A stretch of 64,000 nt of DNA from Paraspadella gotoi. Lineage: Eukaryota; Animalia; Chaetognatha. The stretch covers positions 22,394,636 through 22,458,635 of the forward strand of contig CM119265.1 of NCBI GenBank assembly GCA_051294375.1. The letters are read 5' to 3'. The first letter of the stretch is position 1; each line of letters starts with the position of its first letter. This document shows positions 13,150 to 26,431 of the stretch, piece after piece. A program made the position numbers and the translations under genes. The notes under the pieces are model-generated. The model did no database searches. It was given only the letters and a program-made list of their open reading frames with translations, and was not told where the DNA came from.

Positions 13150-13440
13150 AGGAGCAAACTGGGCGTGGCTCAAACCTTTTTTGCGGTTTAGAAATGGCCA
13201 GAAGAAAAAGAAAATCGGCCGAAAAGCGGCCAAAACCCGTCAGGCTCGCCCCTCTCTCTGCTTCCCCCCCCCCAACTGGGCCAAGGCGAAATAACGGCCA
13301 ATAATCGTCGAGAGTCCGGCCGCGAGGCCAGTCGAAGGCCAGGCGAAGTGCCAGGCGAAGGGCCGACTCGCGCCTGATCTCCGACTGCGCCTTCGTTTTC
13401 CAAGATGGCGCTAATCTTTCTCGTTATTCGCCCGGGAGGA
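13150..13440. promoter_or_regulatory. CpG-rich promoter-like segment: GGGCGTGGC box, CCAAT (~13298), YY1-type CAAGATGGCG (13401-13410)
   Basis: Motif cluster in a non-coding GC island. Confidence 0.3.
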
Positions 13441-13876
13441 GTCTCTCTCGTTGGCGATGATGTAATGTTGCGGGGAGATGAATTTTTGGGTTCAAATCGA
13501 GCGAAATAGAAAAGAAGGGGAGAGGCAAATATAAAAAAATTTTAAAAGAAAAAATGAATGAAAAATTAGTAGGATAATAATTGAGCCGATTGGGAAAGAT
13601 AAAAGTAAAATTGGCCAATAAATTTGCGATTTTAAATCCTTTTGCTATTTGACTGTTTTTTCTCAATCTCAAAACTCGTAATGTCTTATCTTATCAAATC
13701 CATATTACTACTATAATCGCCCATTCTCTGTTCCCGAGCCCTCGCCCGCCCCTCCACCTGCCACATTCGACCGTTTCAAACGTCCCCATAATTCGGTCCC
13801 CATTGCTTTTTNNNNNNNNNNTATGATGAGAAGAAACATCGAGTCCGCGAGATATTCGCCATAAACGGCGCCATTT

Positions 13877-14083
13877 TTATGCGCGGCGTCGTTTGGAGCC
13901 GGGCGTCGTCTCCAAACCGGCGTCGTCTCGAAACCCCGGCGTCCCGTCGAGTCGGAGAGAGATCGGTTTTATCTCTTCGACTGCGGCGTCGGCGGCAGCG
14001 GCAGCGGCAGCGGCAGCGGCGGAACATGATGCCGATAACGATGCCGACGCCGAAGACGACGACAGAGGGCGGAGTGAGTGATA
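13877..14083 (-). CDS. Putative terminal exon of an unidentified gene: YHSLRPLSSSSASASLSASCSAAAAAAAAAADAAVEEIKPISLRLDGTPGFRDDAGLETTPGSKRRRA*
   Basis: GC-rich island; gcgtcag| acceptor; poly-Ala then basic tail and stop. The + strand also has an open poly-Ala frame ending at a gtgagt donor, so the strand is uncertain. Confidence 0.35.
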   Translation of the reverse strand, partial: YHSLRPLSSSSASASLSASCSAAAAAAAAAADAAVEEIKPISLRLDGTPGFRDDAGLETTPGSKRRRA

Positions 14084-14941
14084 CTGACGCAAATTGAGAC
14101 GAAACTGAGGCGTGATTTTGCGCCTCCTTAGGCGACGCCGTCTCTTAAAGAAGCCCACGAAGCAAAGGCGGCGGTGCTGTAAGTAACGTTCACGACATGG
14201 CGCCGAGTTTTCGATTTCGGCGTCCACGTTTCGAATTTAACTGATCTAAGCTTCACGAGTCTCGAGTTTTGATTATTATACCTCAAAAAAATGATTTAAT
14301 TTTTTGATAATGAAAAAGAAACCTAATCTCATTTGCATATTGAAGGGTTAACTTAATTTGAAATGTTCTTCTTTGACTTGTTTATTATTTTCTCGTATTG
14401 TAATTTTGTTGTCATTATAGTTAAGTTGCACCGGGTTATTTTGAAGTAACAATTCACTTAATCCAAATATTTTTACTTTGTAAACTTATGATTTTTGTCA
14501 TCAGCCAACATGATTAGAAAGTATTGAACGCTAAAATAAATAGTCACCCTTAATCTGATCTTAGTGTTTATGCTAGTCCATCAGACTACACTTTTTTGAG
14601 GCCCTTACTTAGGGTTGTATGTTTTTGACTGTCTTCTACAATTGTTCTCAAAGAATTTAGAAATTTGTGAAAAAAAATAATACCGCTATCACGATGATGT
14701 ATGTTTTTGTTGAAAGAGAATGTTTATGAAGACTAATGCAAAAAATAAATCTTTCATTTCTCTTTGCCGTTAATGCATCAAATGTTTAAAGTGAATACAT
14801 TTTTGGAATCGCCAGGAGCTCAGCTTTTTGAATCTGTACTTCATTTTTGCCTATTTTCAAGTTGATTTGAATGACTCTTTTTCTTAAATATATATATTTT
14901 TTACATTATTTGTTTGGTTCCCTTCCTGATTAGTTTTCTGC

Positions 14942-15077
14942 ATGAGCGAAATAACAGCGATAACAGCGATAACAGCGCCGGTTTTTGACGATGGCAGCGC
15001 CGCCAATGTTGACGTGGAAAGCGCCGCCTTTCAGAGAACCCACGAAACGTTTGTAGTCAACGACAGATCCCAAGGAC
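14942..15077 (+). CDS. Putative first exon MSEITAITAITAPVFDDGSAANVDVESAAFQRTHETFVVNDRSQG of an unidentified gene
   Basis: ATG, GC-richer island, gac|gtaaat donor; no homology recognised. Confidence 0.25.
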
Positions 15078-15103
15078 GTAAATCTCACTGTCAGTCTACG
15101 AGG

Positions 15104-15138
<35 letters not shown>

Positions 15139-16280
15139 TTTTGTTCTCTTGTTCTGTAGTAAAGTAACTGTATGATACAAATTACTACAGCAGTTGCTCA
15201 ATCTCATGGGCCGACGTATTAAGATTATTTAAGATTATTAAGTTATTAAGATTATTAAGTTAAGATTATTTCTTGTATCTTTTGATTCGGTTTTTTATGA
15301 AGTTTGCCTCAAATATCTTTGTATCGGTGGTGACGAGCGTCGCCGTTGGGGGAGACGGCTCAACGTCCGACGATTAGGAATGAAAATATCTTTGTTCAAG
15401 TTTCCCAAATTCGAGATCGGGAGTCGCGACGACGGATAATTAAAGAAGAGGGAAAAAGGGTTGGCCGAGGCAATCTGGGTTATTTTAGATAACGTTTGAT
15501 TTGGAATTTTGTAAATTCTTCAGTTGCCTCAATAATTACGTCGTCGAAACGGTTTTAAGACCGTTTATTTACCTTGTAACCGAAATTTTTATTTTTATTT
15601 GGATTGTTTACAAACAATTTGGAAATATTTTATGTCCTCGTCTGTTTTAACTTCGCTAAATAAACAACTTTTGAAACCGCGATCGTCGCCATTTGTAAAA
15701 TAAGTCTGAAGGCAGCGCAAACAATCTTTATTATCCCCCATTTTCTACTTCATATTTTATTTTTCTCCTTTTTCAAGTGGGTATAAAAATCTTCATTTTG
15801 GCAAAGAGACGCTTATTCATCGCGGATTCACGAAAACATATTTTATGTCCGACATGTTTCTGGCGTTGTACATGCTACATACTACATAGAAATAAAAGGA
15901 CTATCTTTCAATGCAGTAATACAGCGAAGCCTCAATACTGAAACGCCTCTTTGCTTTCCGTTGTAATTGACGTCATCCGGCCTCTCAATTTTTTGACAAA
16001 AGTCAATCTTAGCAGACTTCGAAAGCGACTTAGTTGTTGCTCATTTCGTAAAAACCGACTCGCTATGCCATAACCGAGAAAACCCATGATCAAAGGGAAG
16101 TGCACAACTGCACATCATAAGCGCAGTCGCTTCTGTCTTTCCGCCACCAACGCTAAATTGCAAAAGGCGCCACAAAAATTGCAAATGAGAGATTTTTTTT
16201 TTGTCTCTTGAGATCCGAGGGACGATATTTCTATCTTTACGCCTGGGAGATGATAACGCCGCTGATGTAATTTGTTACTT

Positions 16281-16284
<4 letters not shown>

Positions 16285-16362
<78 letters not shown>
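16285..16362. repeat. (CT)n microsatellite, representative of many (GA/CT)n, (GAAA)n, (TTCC)n and (GTC)n tracts across the window (e.g. 70-235, 2755-2810, 13025-13092, 17945-18003, 24695-24760, 26370-26430, 37070-37175, 39620-39695)
   Basis: Direct reading. Confidence 0.95.
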
Positions 16363-16366
<4 letters not shown>

Positions 16367-17104
16367 ATTTTTGCGACTAACACAACCAGTGACAATCGTT
16401 TCTTTCAATTCTTTACATTTCTTCCCGCGGCTTTTTCTTTTGTGGTTCAGTAAATCGAAACTCAAACCCGAGAAGGAAAATGGGTCACTGAGAGTCAAAC
16501 CGAAGCTGAGAATCCGAGAGGAGGGAATAAAAAGGCAGAGGGAAGTAAAGAAAAGGAAGGAAAGAAAGAAAAGAAAGAAAAGAAAAGGAAGGAAAGAAAG
16601 AAAAGAAAAGGAATGGAGTAAAAAAAAGGGAAAGAAAAAGATACGAGGGAAGACGTTAATAAAAGAATGGGACGCAAATTGGAAAAAAAAAGTTAAAAAA
16701 AGAAGTAAAAAAATGAAGTTTATCTTATTAAGCGAAAGAGAAGAACAAAATGACAATGAGAGGAACGAAATGATTTGCGGCGACAGCGAAGGAACAAAAA
16801 AAATGAAAACGAGGCTAAATAAAATAAGCAAACAAAGAGAGATGGAAAGAAAAAAAGGAGAAAAGACAAACAGTGTAACGACTTTAAAAAAATTACGTTT
16901 CCTTTTTCAAAAAAAGAGAAAAAAAAAGGGGGAAAGTTCTTGAAAGTTGAAGAAAGAGCAGGGAGGAAAAGGCGAAGTCAATCAGGGACAGAGAGAGAGA
17001 GAGAGAGTCGCAAAGTTTTATTCGTTTTATAGCGAAGTCGCAAAATTGTTTTCCGTAAAATTAACGAGTTTTCTTTGTTGGATCTAAGGGGAGTGAAAGA
17101 AAGA

Positions 17105-17161
<57 letters not shown>

Positions 17162-17935
17162 ACTTTTTGCATCATCGTCGTCAACATATTTTTTTAAACT
17201 GCACGAGCGTAAGGGAAAGTCTCCTCACGATATGACAGCATCCTTAAAAGTTGGTCGTCGTCGTCGTCGTCGTCGTCTATATAGTCACTGTCTTTATCTA
17301 ACTATCTATCCTTTTTCACTATCCTTTTTCACTAACTATCTTCAAACATGCTGTGTAATCTGACGTCGCTCATAATGTTCTTCATATTGGCCGCCAGTTT
17401 CTTCTTTTTCGACATCTGAATATAAGAAGCTAAGTAAGCGGAAAATTCTTGTTTATGTGTTAAAAATTTGTTGATTTTGCGCATTGATTGATTTAAAGAT
17501 TGTCTCTTTAATTAATTAATTAAATTAATTAATTAATTAATTATTTTTCAGTTCCATCTATTTTCGATTGATCCTTCAAACGTTTGTCCTCATCCAAAGT
17601 TTTTCATCGCGCACTTGGTATTCGTCGTAGTTTTTTGTTGTTTTCCCCTCAGACGAGAACTATTACGCGGTTCAATCATGGGTCAGTTCCCGCCTCTCCT
17701 TTGTTCCTCTTCCTCCTCTTCTTCCTCTTCCTCCTCTTCCTCCCCTGGCAACGACCTCTGAGTTTGCCATGTTTTTCGTTGCCACAAATTCTTTCGTTTG
17801 ACCTTGTGCTACGAAAAGCCGCCCCAAAAAACTCGATCTCGCTCTACCGTTGCCGCCACAATGCTGCAATGTTCGCATTGGTACTTTGGTACGTGTTCTC
17901 ATTGGTAAATATGTATGTAAATTTAATTTTTTCTT

Positions 17936-17942
17936 AATAATT

Positions 17943-18009
<67 letters not shown>

Positions 18010-18085
18010 AAAATGAGAAAAAGAACTTATTTTTTAACTTATTTTTCAACTTATTTTTTAACTTATTTTTTTTTCTCAATAATTG

Positions 18086-18117
<32 letters not shown>

Positions 18118-18139
18118 AAAATGAGAAAAAGAACTTATG
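17936..18139. repeat. Local direct repeat (aataatt-(GA)n-gatggaaaaatgagaaaaagaacttat x2) enclosing a 12-bp aacttatttttt x4 array
   Basis: Direct reading. Confidence 0.8.
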
Positions 18140-18565
18140 AATTTTTTCCTCTCTCCTATCGGTTATCGCTGTTTTCTGCAGATGCCAATTATAAGACGTT
18201 TTCTAGCGGCATTGTCAGGTTTATAAAGTTCACTTGTCCAGACAACAGCCATAACAGATAAAACAGTTGCTGAACTGTTCTCAGCGATCTTGAATTAGCC
18301 TCTTTGTTCCTCAACGTCATTGACAAACAACAACACAAACAACAAAGACAACAAAAAAAAACAGGAGATTGAAAAAAAAAACCAAAACAAACACAAACAG
18401 AGACGAACAAGCGACGGGGTAATGGAAATCCGATTCGCTGCGTCCTCGTTGTCATAGAGATCGTCTTGTCATCGCAGGGCGAAATTAAGAGGATTCGAGT
18501 GAGATAAAAAAAGGTGATAAGGCCGATGTGAAAATTGAAAGAAAAAACACTGTTGAAAATAAAAT

Positions 18566-18598
<33 letters not shown>

Positions 18599-19697
18599 AG
18601 GAGAGAGAAGAGAGAGAGAGAGAGAGGGAGAGAGAAGAGAGAGAGAGAGAGGAGAGAGAGAGGAGATGAGAGAGAGAGAGAAGAGAGAGGGTTACAGATT
18701 GGAAAGTAACATAGGAGGAGAAATAAAGATTGAAGTGAGATTTTTTCTTTTATGTAATATCTTAGAAACAGTCGGTCGCGTAAAATGTAAAGTTTGTTCA
18801 ACCTGGTTGATATTTAGAAAACTAACCCTGGAACCTAAAAAAAAAAAGTCAATCGAAGCGAAAGAGAGAAAGTAAGTCAACCGTTAAAAGAAAAAGACCT
18901 AAATTGAAAACAGGAAGGAGAAAAGAAAAAAAAAGAAAACGGAATTCGGAAACAAAAGAACATGGAACGAGAATTTAACCCAAAAAACTAAAATACTATA
19001 TTAAAGTTTAGAAAGAAATCTAGTTACAACTCAGGAGAAGGAAGCCAGATAATTTCAAAAATTGGTACAGATGCTGAAATTTCTGTCATCTTGAAATCGA
19101 CAGATAGGCGAGAAAGATTAACTTAAATTTAACCGGAAAATGAAGCCAAAAAAATAAAAAATAAAAGAAAAATTTGGGAAAAGGCAGAGAAGCGAGTGAC
19201 TCGAAAAGCGATAAACTGGGACGCGACGACGAAACTCGTAAATTCGTGGAAAAACCAAAACAAAAACTCGATAATTAATAATTCTCACTTTTCCCCTCCC
19301 CTCCTTTCTTCCTCACTCTCTTTCCGACCTTTCCTTTCTAATCTCTCAACATTTCATCCTCATTTCTACCTTGATTCGTATTTTTATTTATTCATTTGTT
19401 TATTTATTTATTAATATATATACGTATTTATTCGTTTATGCGTTTGTATATGCATACGAAAAACCTTTTTTTTTCAAATTTAATTAATTTTCTTTAATTT
19501 TTTAAAAATTTTATTAATATATTTGTTTATTTTTCTTCGTTTTTATTTAATTATCTCTACCTTCTCTCTTCACTTTCTCTTTCCATCCTCTCGAATTCCT
19601 TCGTTCCATTCTTCCCCCCTCTTCCACCCCCCCTGACCCCCCTCCACCCCCCTTCTCCATCTCTCTCCAACCCCCTCCTCCCTCCAATCAAACCCAG

Positions 19698-19894
19698 TTG
19701 GAGGAAGTGGGCCGGCACCCCTGGGTCATCGTGGGGGCGAAGGAGGCGGAGCCGGAGCTTCCGATCAAGGAGGTCGTCCAGACGTCGATCATCCCGACGA
19801 GAGACGACGTCGACCCCGACGTCTTGGCCACCATGAACTGCTTGGGGTGCTTCCGGGAGAAGGAACGGGTCGTCAGCGAACTGCTTGGACCAAA
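19698..19894 (+). CDS. BRSK2: BRSK/SAD kinase exon: end of kinase domain plus first part of UBA domain ([65 protein letters not shown])
   Basis: C-rich tract then cccag| acceptor; aa|gtgagt donor (phase 2); strong similarity to BRSK UBA (DIDPDVL..M..LGCF). Confidence 0.95.
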
Positions 19895-19930
19895 GTGAGT
19901 AGTAAGGGAGGGGTATATGGGAGTGTTCGG

Positions 19931-19969
<39 letters not shown>

Positions 19970-20384
19970 CTCTCTCTCTCCTTCTCTCTCTCTTAGTTCC
20001 TCCCCTCATTTCTTTTAACCATTCCCTCAACACCATAAAATTCATGAAGCCATTAACCATAACCGTCGACAGTTTGGTCGACTTTTCCGTCGTCGTCATC
20101 GTCGTCGTCGTCGTCGTCTCCCCGGTGACTCGATGACTCCATCCAAGTTGTTCCGTCTTTTGAGCGGAATCGTTTTTTCTTTTTTTTTGGGGGGGCGGGG
20201 GGGAATTTATTTCCTGGTCTCTCGAAATATGATCAACCTCGATCCCCAGTCTCCTTTTCCGACGTTTTTTTTTAAATCATTGATGAACATCTTTAATATC
20301 CTTTATTAATTTTGTTCAACCAATATAGAATTACCCAATATCTATTCAATATTAATTATTGAACTCGTTCGCTCCTTCAATCGT

Positions 20385-20440
<56 letters not shown>

Positions 20441-23400
20441 TCCTTCTTCCTCTCTCTCTCTCTCTCTCTCTTCTCTCTTCTCTCTTCTCTCTTCTCTCTT
20501 CACTCTTCTCTCTCCCATCCATTTAAGAAAAAAAAAACCTCGTTCCTCGCCATTCTCGTTATTCGGTCGCCATCTTTCGTCTCCTTTCGTCATTTCCGCC
20601 GACTGCGTCGCCATCTGCGCCAATCGTCTGCGCCAGATGATCTCCCCGGATGTACGGGAGTCGTCGGGGGCCTTGATCTCATCCGGAGAGAAGCGCTCGT
20701 TCAATCTTATCAAACTCGTTTCATCGAGCGTCTTTACTTTCATGGGTTCCGAGTCGGTTTTTTTTCCTTGGGTCTCGAAACCATTTTTAGACTCAGAGTT
20801 CAAAGCTCAGGCTTCCCACCGTCTCTTTTGATTCCTTCTTTCGCGGGTGGATCAACCTCCCAATTTACTTTTAATTACTGAGCCAAAATTAACGTCATTC
20901 GATCGAAGCCTAAATAGATGAGGTATTTATCAGCTTCTTTCTTTTAATCCGCAGCGTTCATAGACGTTGTCATACTTTGCGTCAATAAATAACGGCTGCA
21001 CTAATAAATATCGTTATGCTTTTAATTTTTTACGAGCGTCGTAAAGTCAAGAGTTTCAGCTGGCGTTTGGAGGGCAGGGGGAAAGGAAGGCAGTGTATAG
21101 GGCAGGGAAAAGGGAAAAGGATAGGGCAGGGGATAGGGACAGGAGTGTTAAAGGTTGTCAAAGAAAATGCTGGGGAGGAAGAAGACGCCCTGTCCGAGAA
21201 AGAAAATATATTCAAAAGCAACTTCAAGAAAACTGGTGGCGAATGCAAAAATCCTGAGGGATGAATAGTTGAATTGGAAAATTTTCAAGTCGAGAGTCTT
21301 AACGAAAAATGGTTTTGAGTTCAACGAGACATGATATGTTTCGACTCTATTTCGAGTCTTCATCAGCATCAAAATTGAGTCGAAACATGTCCTCTCTTAA
21401 CAAAAATAAAATCGTTGTTGAACTCAAAACCATTTTTCGTTAAATCTCCAACACAACGAAACGAAAGGATATCGAACAAAGACGAGAGTCAAAGAGAAAC
21501 TAAAACCATAAGAAAAAGTAAAGAACAGAAAAGAAATTTGATAAAAACAACTGAAAGGTATAAATCTGAAAAGCGATATTAAAAAAAAACCTAGTTGTGT
21601 GCGGCTGAGGAATTGAAAAGCGATTCCGAGTGAAAATGAAATATGTTTCGAGCCGACGTCACGGGAATTCAGATTTTTTATTCTTCTTCGACGCGAGCGC
21701 AACTGAGGCGGCGTCGGCGGCGGCTGAAGCGGCGGCGGCGGCTGCGACGCTTTTATCAATGGTCGTGACGACAGCGGAGCCGGAGGCGTGGAATCGTGAC
21801 GTCATTGTGCTATACTATACTATACTATACTAATACTATACGCGTTGCGAAACAGATTATTTGTGATACTGTAAAAAGATGTATTTTCGAAATACTGAAT
21901 TCTTAAATCAGTTGATCAACAACGTGTATGGTTTTTGCGTATCTTCTTCTTCAATCGATTTTTAATAAAAATATATAAGATAATTATATCCCGATTCTCG
22001 CTCTCAATATGCTGAACATTGCGAATATATTTAAATCATTACTTATAAAGTACGATTAGTTAATGTATAAGATATTGTCATAAAATATGTATGACATCTA
22101 TCACCTTTGTAGAGTCTTCATTGTCGACTCTACAACTGATTTCGATTTAATTATCGCGATTCGTTCGAACTGGATTCATCAACGCGACTTCATCCAATTT
22201 TCGGTCCGCGCGAAAACGAGGTCAGGGACGCTGAAACTACGACGATAAAGACGTCGACGACGATTAAGCCAACGACGGCTGTTGCTATGACGACGATGAA
22301 CATTGGACAATGTCGAAGTCAGCAATAGAAAATGTTCTTTAGAGACGAGCCCCATCGGCGAATGAACACTAGAGGAAAAGGGTAAATGACCCATCCTTCT
22401 CAAATCCGCCTTCCCCCCCCCTCAATGGATTTCTCTCTCTTTCCCCCAGAGGTCGGTTCATTTTTTAGCGCCATTTGTTTGAAGGTTGCCGGTGGCCGGA
22501 TTTATAGAATCGGGAATCGAGTCGTTTTCGGAGATGTGCTCCTGTTGTCGGGGGCGGTGGTGAGAGCAGCAACGTCCTAAGACGAGTATCAAATGACTCT
22601 TGACTTTGGACAAGCAATGGTGAGTTGAGGCCTCAGACCCTCTTGCAAAATAAAATCTTAGCAAGACCCTGGATGTTTTTAAAAAAGACCTAATTCATTA
22701 ACAATCAACCAAATGCCATAACATTTTTCGTATATTGGAGTCGCGGGCTTGAGGTTATTTCCCACAGTGGAGCCAAAAGCTTCGTCTTCCACAGTGGAAA
22801 AGCGATGGGTTTTTTTCCCCAAGCGAGGTTTTGCCGGTTTCAAAGATGTTCGGAAGGTCGGCCAGTGTCGGGCCTGTCGGCCATTGTCCGTAATGTCCGC
22901 CACTCAACCTCGAAAATTGGTTTTTCGTCCGACAAAAGGTTTTTATCTTCGCCGAATATTTCTCGGTCGTCGTTGTTGTTGTTGTCGTCGTCGTAGTTGG
23001 TCGGTGTTGTCACTAATTTTTATTCTCGGGCGTCGTCATCATTCAGCATCAAAATTGTGTTACAGTTTGTTTGATGAACTCACCGTTGTATCTTTCTCTG
23101 TGAATAAAAATGAGGCGTGGGATCGGANNNNNNNNNNNNNNNNNNNNNNNNNNNNNNNNNNNNNNNNNNNNNNNNNNNNNNNNNNNNNNNNNNNNNNNNN
23201 NNNNNNNNNNNNNNNNNNNNNNNNNNNNNNNNNNNNNNNNNNNNNNNNNNNNNNNNNNNNNNNNNNNNNNNNNNNNNNNNNNNNNNNNNNNNNNNNNNNN
23301 NNNNNNNNNNNNNNNNNNNNNNNNNNNNNNNNNNNNNNNNNNNNNNNNNNNNNNNNNNNNNNNNNNNNNNNNNNNNNNNNNNNNNNNNNNNNNNNNNNNN

Positions 23401-24358
23401 NNNNNNNNNNNNNNNNNNNNNNNNNNNNNNNNNNNNNNNNNNNNNNNNNNNNNNNNNNNNNNNNNNNNNNNNNNNNNNNNNNNNNNNNNNNNNNNNNNNN
23501 NNNNNNNNNNNNNNNNNNNNNNNNNNNNNNNNNNNNNNNNNNNNNNNNNNNNNNNNNNNNNNNNNNNNNNNNNNNNNNNNNNNNNNNNNNNNNNNNNNNN
23601 NNNNNNNNNNNNNNNNNNNNNNNNNNNNNNNNNNNNNNNNNNNNNNNNNNNNNNNNNNNNNNNNNNNNNNNNNNNNNTAACGGAACCCAGAAAAAGGGGT
23701 CAGGACCTGACAAGTGATTACACATAAGTTTACCTCTGTTAATTTTGTGGGGATTTTTATGCCGTTATTGTCTGTATCATAAGTCCCTTTTCTNNNNNNN
23801 NNNNNNNNNNNNNNNNNNNNNNNNNNNNNNNNNNNNNNNNNNNNNNNNNNNNNNNNNNNNNNNNNNNNNNNNNNNNNNNNNNNNNNNNNNNNNNNNNNNN
23901 NNNNNNNNNNNNNNNNNNNNNNNNNNNNNNNNNNNNNNNNNNNNNNNNNNNNNNNNNNNNNNNNNNNNNNNNNNNNNNNNNNNNNNNNNNNNNNNNNNNN
24001 NNNNNNNNNNNNNNNNNNNNNNNNNNNNNNNNNNNNNNNNNNNNNNNNNNNNNNTTCTGATAAACCAAAAACAAAGCGAAGCAGAAAAGCAGAAAAAAAG
24101 CGACATCTATGACGAGTTGTCGGGGATTTTCTCTGACTTAATTCCCGAAACAAGTGGCGATTCTATTTTGTTTACGAATGTGGAAAGAAGTATAAGCCAG
24201 TTTCCAGGGTAGAAAACTTCAGTTAATGCAAGTCGGTGTCAGAGTTAGTTTTTTATAAAAAAAAGTGTGCTTGTAATGATCAAAATCTGTTTTTAATTCT
24301 CTTTCTATTCTGTTTTCTGGATCTCTCTCTTCTCTCTCTCTCTCTCTTGCTCCTCTCT

Positions 24359-24419
<61 letters not shown>

Positions 24420-24694
24420 CTGTCGTCTCTCTAGTTAGACTTGTAGTTTCCCACCCCCTTAAAAAAATAAATGCGGGGGGAAGAAAGTCTTCCTTAATTT
24501 TCTTTGTTTTGCGCGGACGGAAAATGAAGACCGATGATCTGTCACAACAGGCGGCGCCAGGAGGGAAAGAGGATGAGGATGCAGACGACTACTGACGCGG
24601 ACGCGACGACGCTGTCGTCCAATGATGTCAATCTACGGTTATGCAAGTGAACAAATAACAAACTCCGCGCGAGAAACTAAGAATCGAAAGATGA

Positions 24695-24746
<52 letters not shown>

Positions 24747-26368
24747 AGAAAGAAAGAAATGAAGGCAAGAAAGAAAGACCAAGAGACCAAAAAAAAAAAA
24801 GAAAAGAAAAGAACTTGAATTATCAATAAGGGCAAGACATAAAAGATTCTTTTCGAGAGATTCTGTTCCCTTCTTCCCAGTTCCTACCCTTTCTAGTTCC
24901 CATTGATTTTATCCATCCGTTCCCACGTTTCAGTTCCCACCCTTACCAATCCACCCATTCCAAAATCCTCCCCCACCCAGTTTCTCCTCTCACTTTTCGT
25001 TCTTAATGAGGAAACATCGACGTCGTTCGTCGTTCGTCGTCCTGTCTTTTTGTTTTTTGTTTTGTCTCGGCGATTAATTCATCGTTTTTGTCTCGTCCTC
25101 TTCGTCCTCAGTCCTTCCCCCGCCGCGCCGCGCGCGCCGCGTCCGCGCCGGCACCGCCGTCGTGTCGTCGTCTCGTCTGTCGTCGTCATTCGTGTTGTTG
25201 TTGTTGTGTCTCTTCTAATATCTGCATCGTTCTCATTCAAAAAGGCGCCATCAGCGAAGATTATTTACACAAACAACAACACACGACATTCTCTTACGTC
25301 GCTTCTGTCTCGATTTCGCGTCGACTTTAATTTTCGAATCGTCGGTTCTCGAGTGACGCGCTAGCGAAATCCGAGAACGCGCGGAAAAATTGATTCGATT
25401 TATGACGAAATAAGAAGATATTGTTTTTTTTATTGGTCGACTCAGAAAGTGGGTCAATCAAAAGGGCACAGTGTTCAAATGCGTATGTTAAAAAAAAAAT
25501 GCAATGTCGCCGGATTATCAAAATTTTACCATTTGGCCATATTTCCTACTTTATTTTACGCAGTGAAAATTACGTTTTATTTTGTACAGGACATTACCAG
25601 TCATATTTATATCCTCCGACAACCCTCGATCAAAGCCCGATTTCGTAATAAGTTCACAAAAAAAAAATTGATGGCTCATAGCATCTCTAAACGCACAAAT
25701 ATTGCTTAATTTAGAAAATTGCAATAGTATGTTTTAGCCGAGTCGTTACTTGGGAGTAAAAAGATTCGGAGAAAACTGTAGGATATAACAATTGTGTCAC
25801 CCGGAGGAGTAGGAGGAGGAGGAGGAGGAGGAGGAGGAGGATGAGCAGTTGAGCACAACCGACTTTTCTTCTAATCAACTCTGGTTCAGCCCCTCGACTC
25901 ACCCTTCCTTCTCTTACCTCCGCAACATCTTCCTTAGTCCCCCGAGTCGCAACTTTTCTTTCTTTTCTGTTTTTTTCTTTTTTCCTTTTATTTTTCATTC
26001 ATTTCCTTTTTCTGTTCCATTTGTACCATCTTTTTGATTCTTCTCCCACACCTCCCCTAGTTACTTTTACTTTCATTTCCCCGCTTATATTTCGGTTCGT
26101 TTCCCCATCTTTTCCTCTTCCTTTTTATTTCCCTTTTCCTTTTCCTTTTTCTCCTTTCGCCTCTCTTATCTCGATACTCGAATTAAGGGTCACCCACTGG
26201 AGTCGAAGGAACGAATATTTTCCCGCGCATTTTTTTTTTTCCGATTTTTTTTTCCTTTCTTTTTTTTATTTTTCTTTTTGTTTGTTTGTTTCGGTCTTTC
26301 GCTCTTTCTCGCTTTCCTGATTTTTTTTTCCTTTAGCTTTTTTCGTTTCTTTGTTTCTCTTTATTTAC

Positions 26369-26431
<63 letters not shown>

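Noticed and set aside
16115-16943. Long Lys/Arg-rich and Leu/Phe-rich ORFs on both strands (also 12551-13294, 42303-42875, 26278-26860)
   Set aside because: Purine/pyrimidine microsatellite translations with no splice signals or coding codon bias
19557-20099. 180-aa - strand ORF over the UBA exon
   Set aside because: Antisense shadow of the kinase exon extended by GA repeats
22107-22135. 10-bp stem hairpin (ttgtagagtc/gactctacaa)
   Set aside because: Too short to distinguish from chance; no terminator or Helitron-end context
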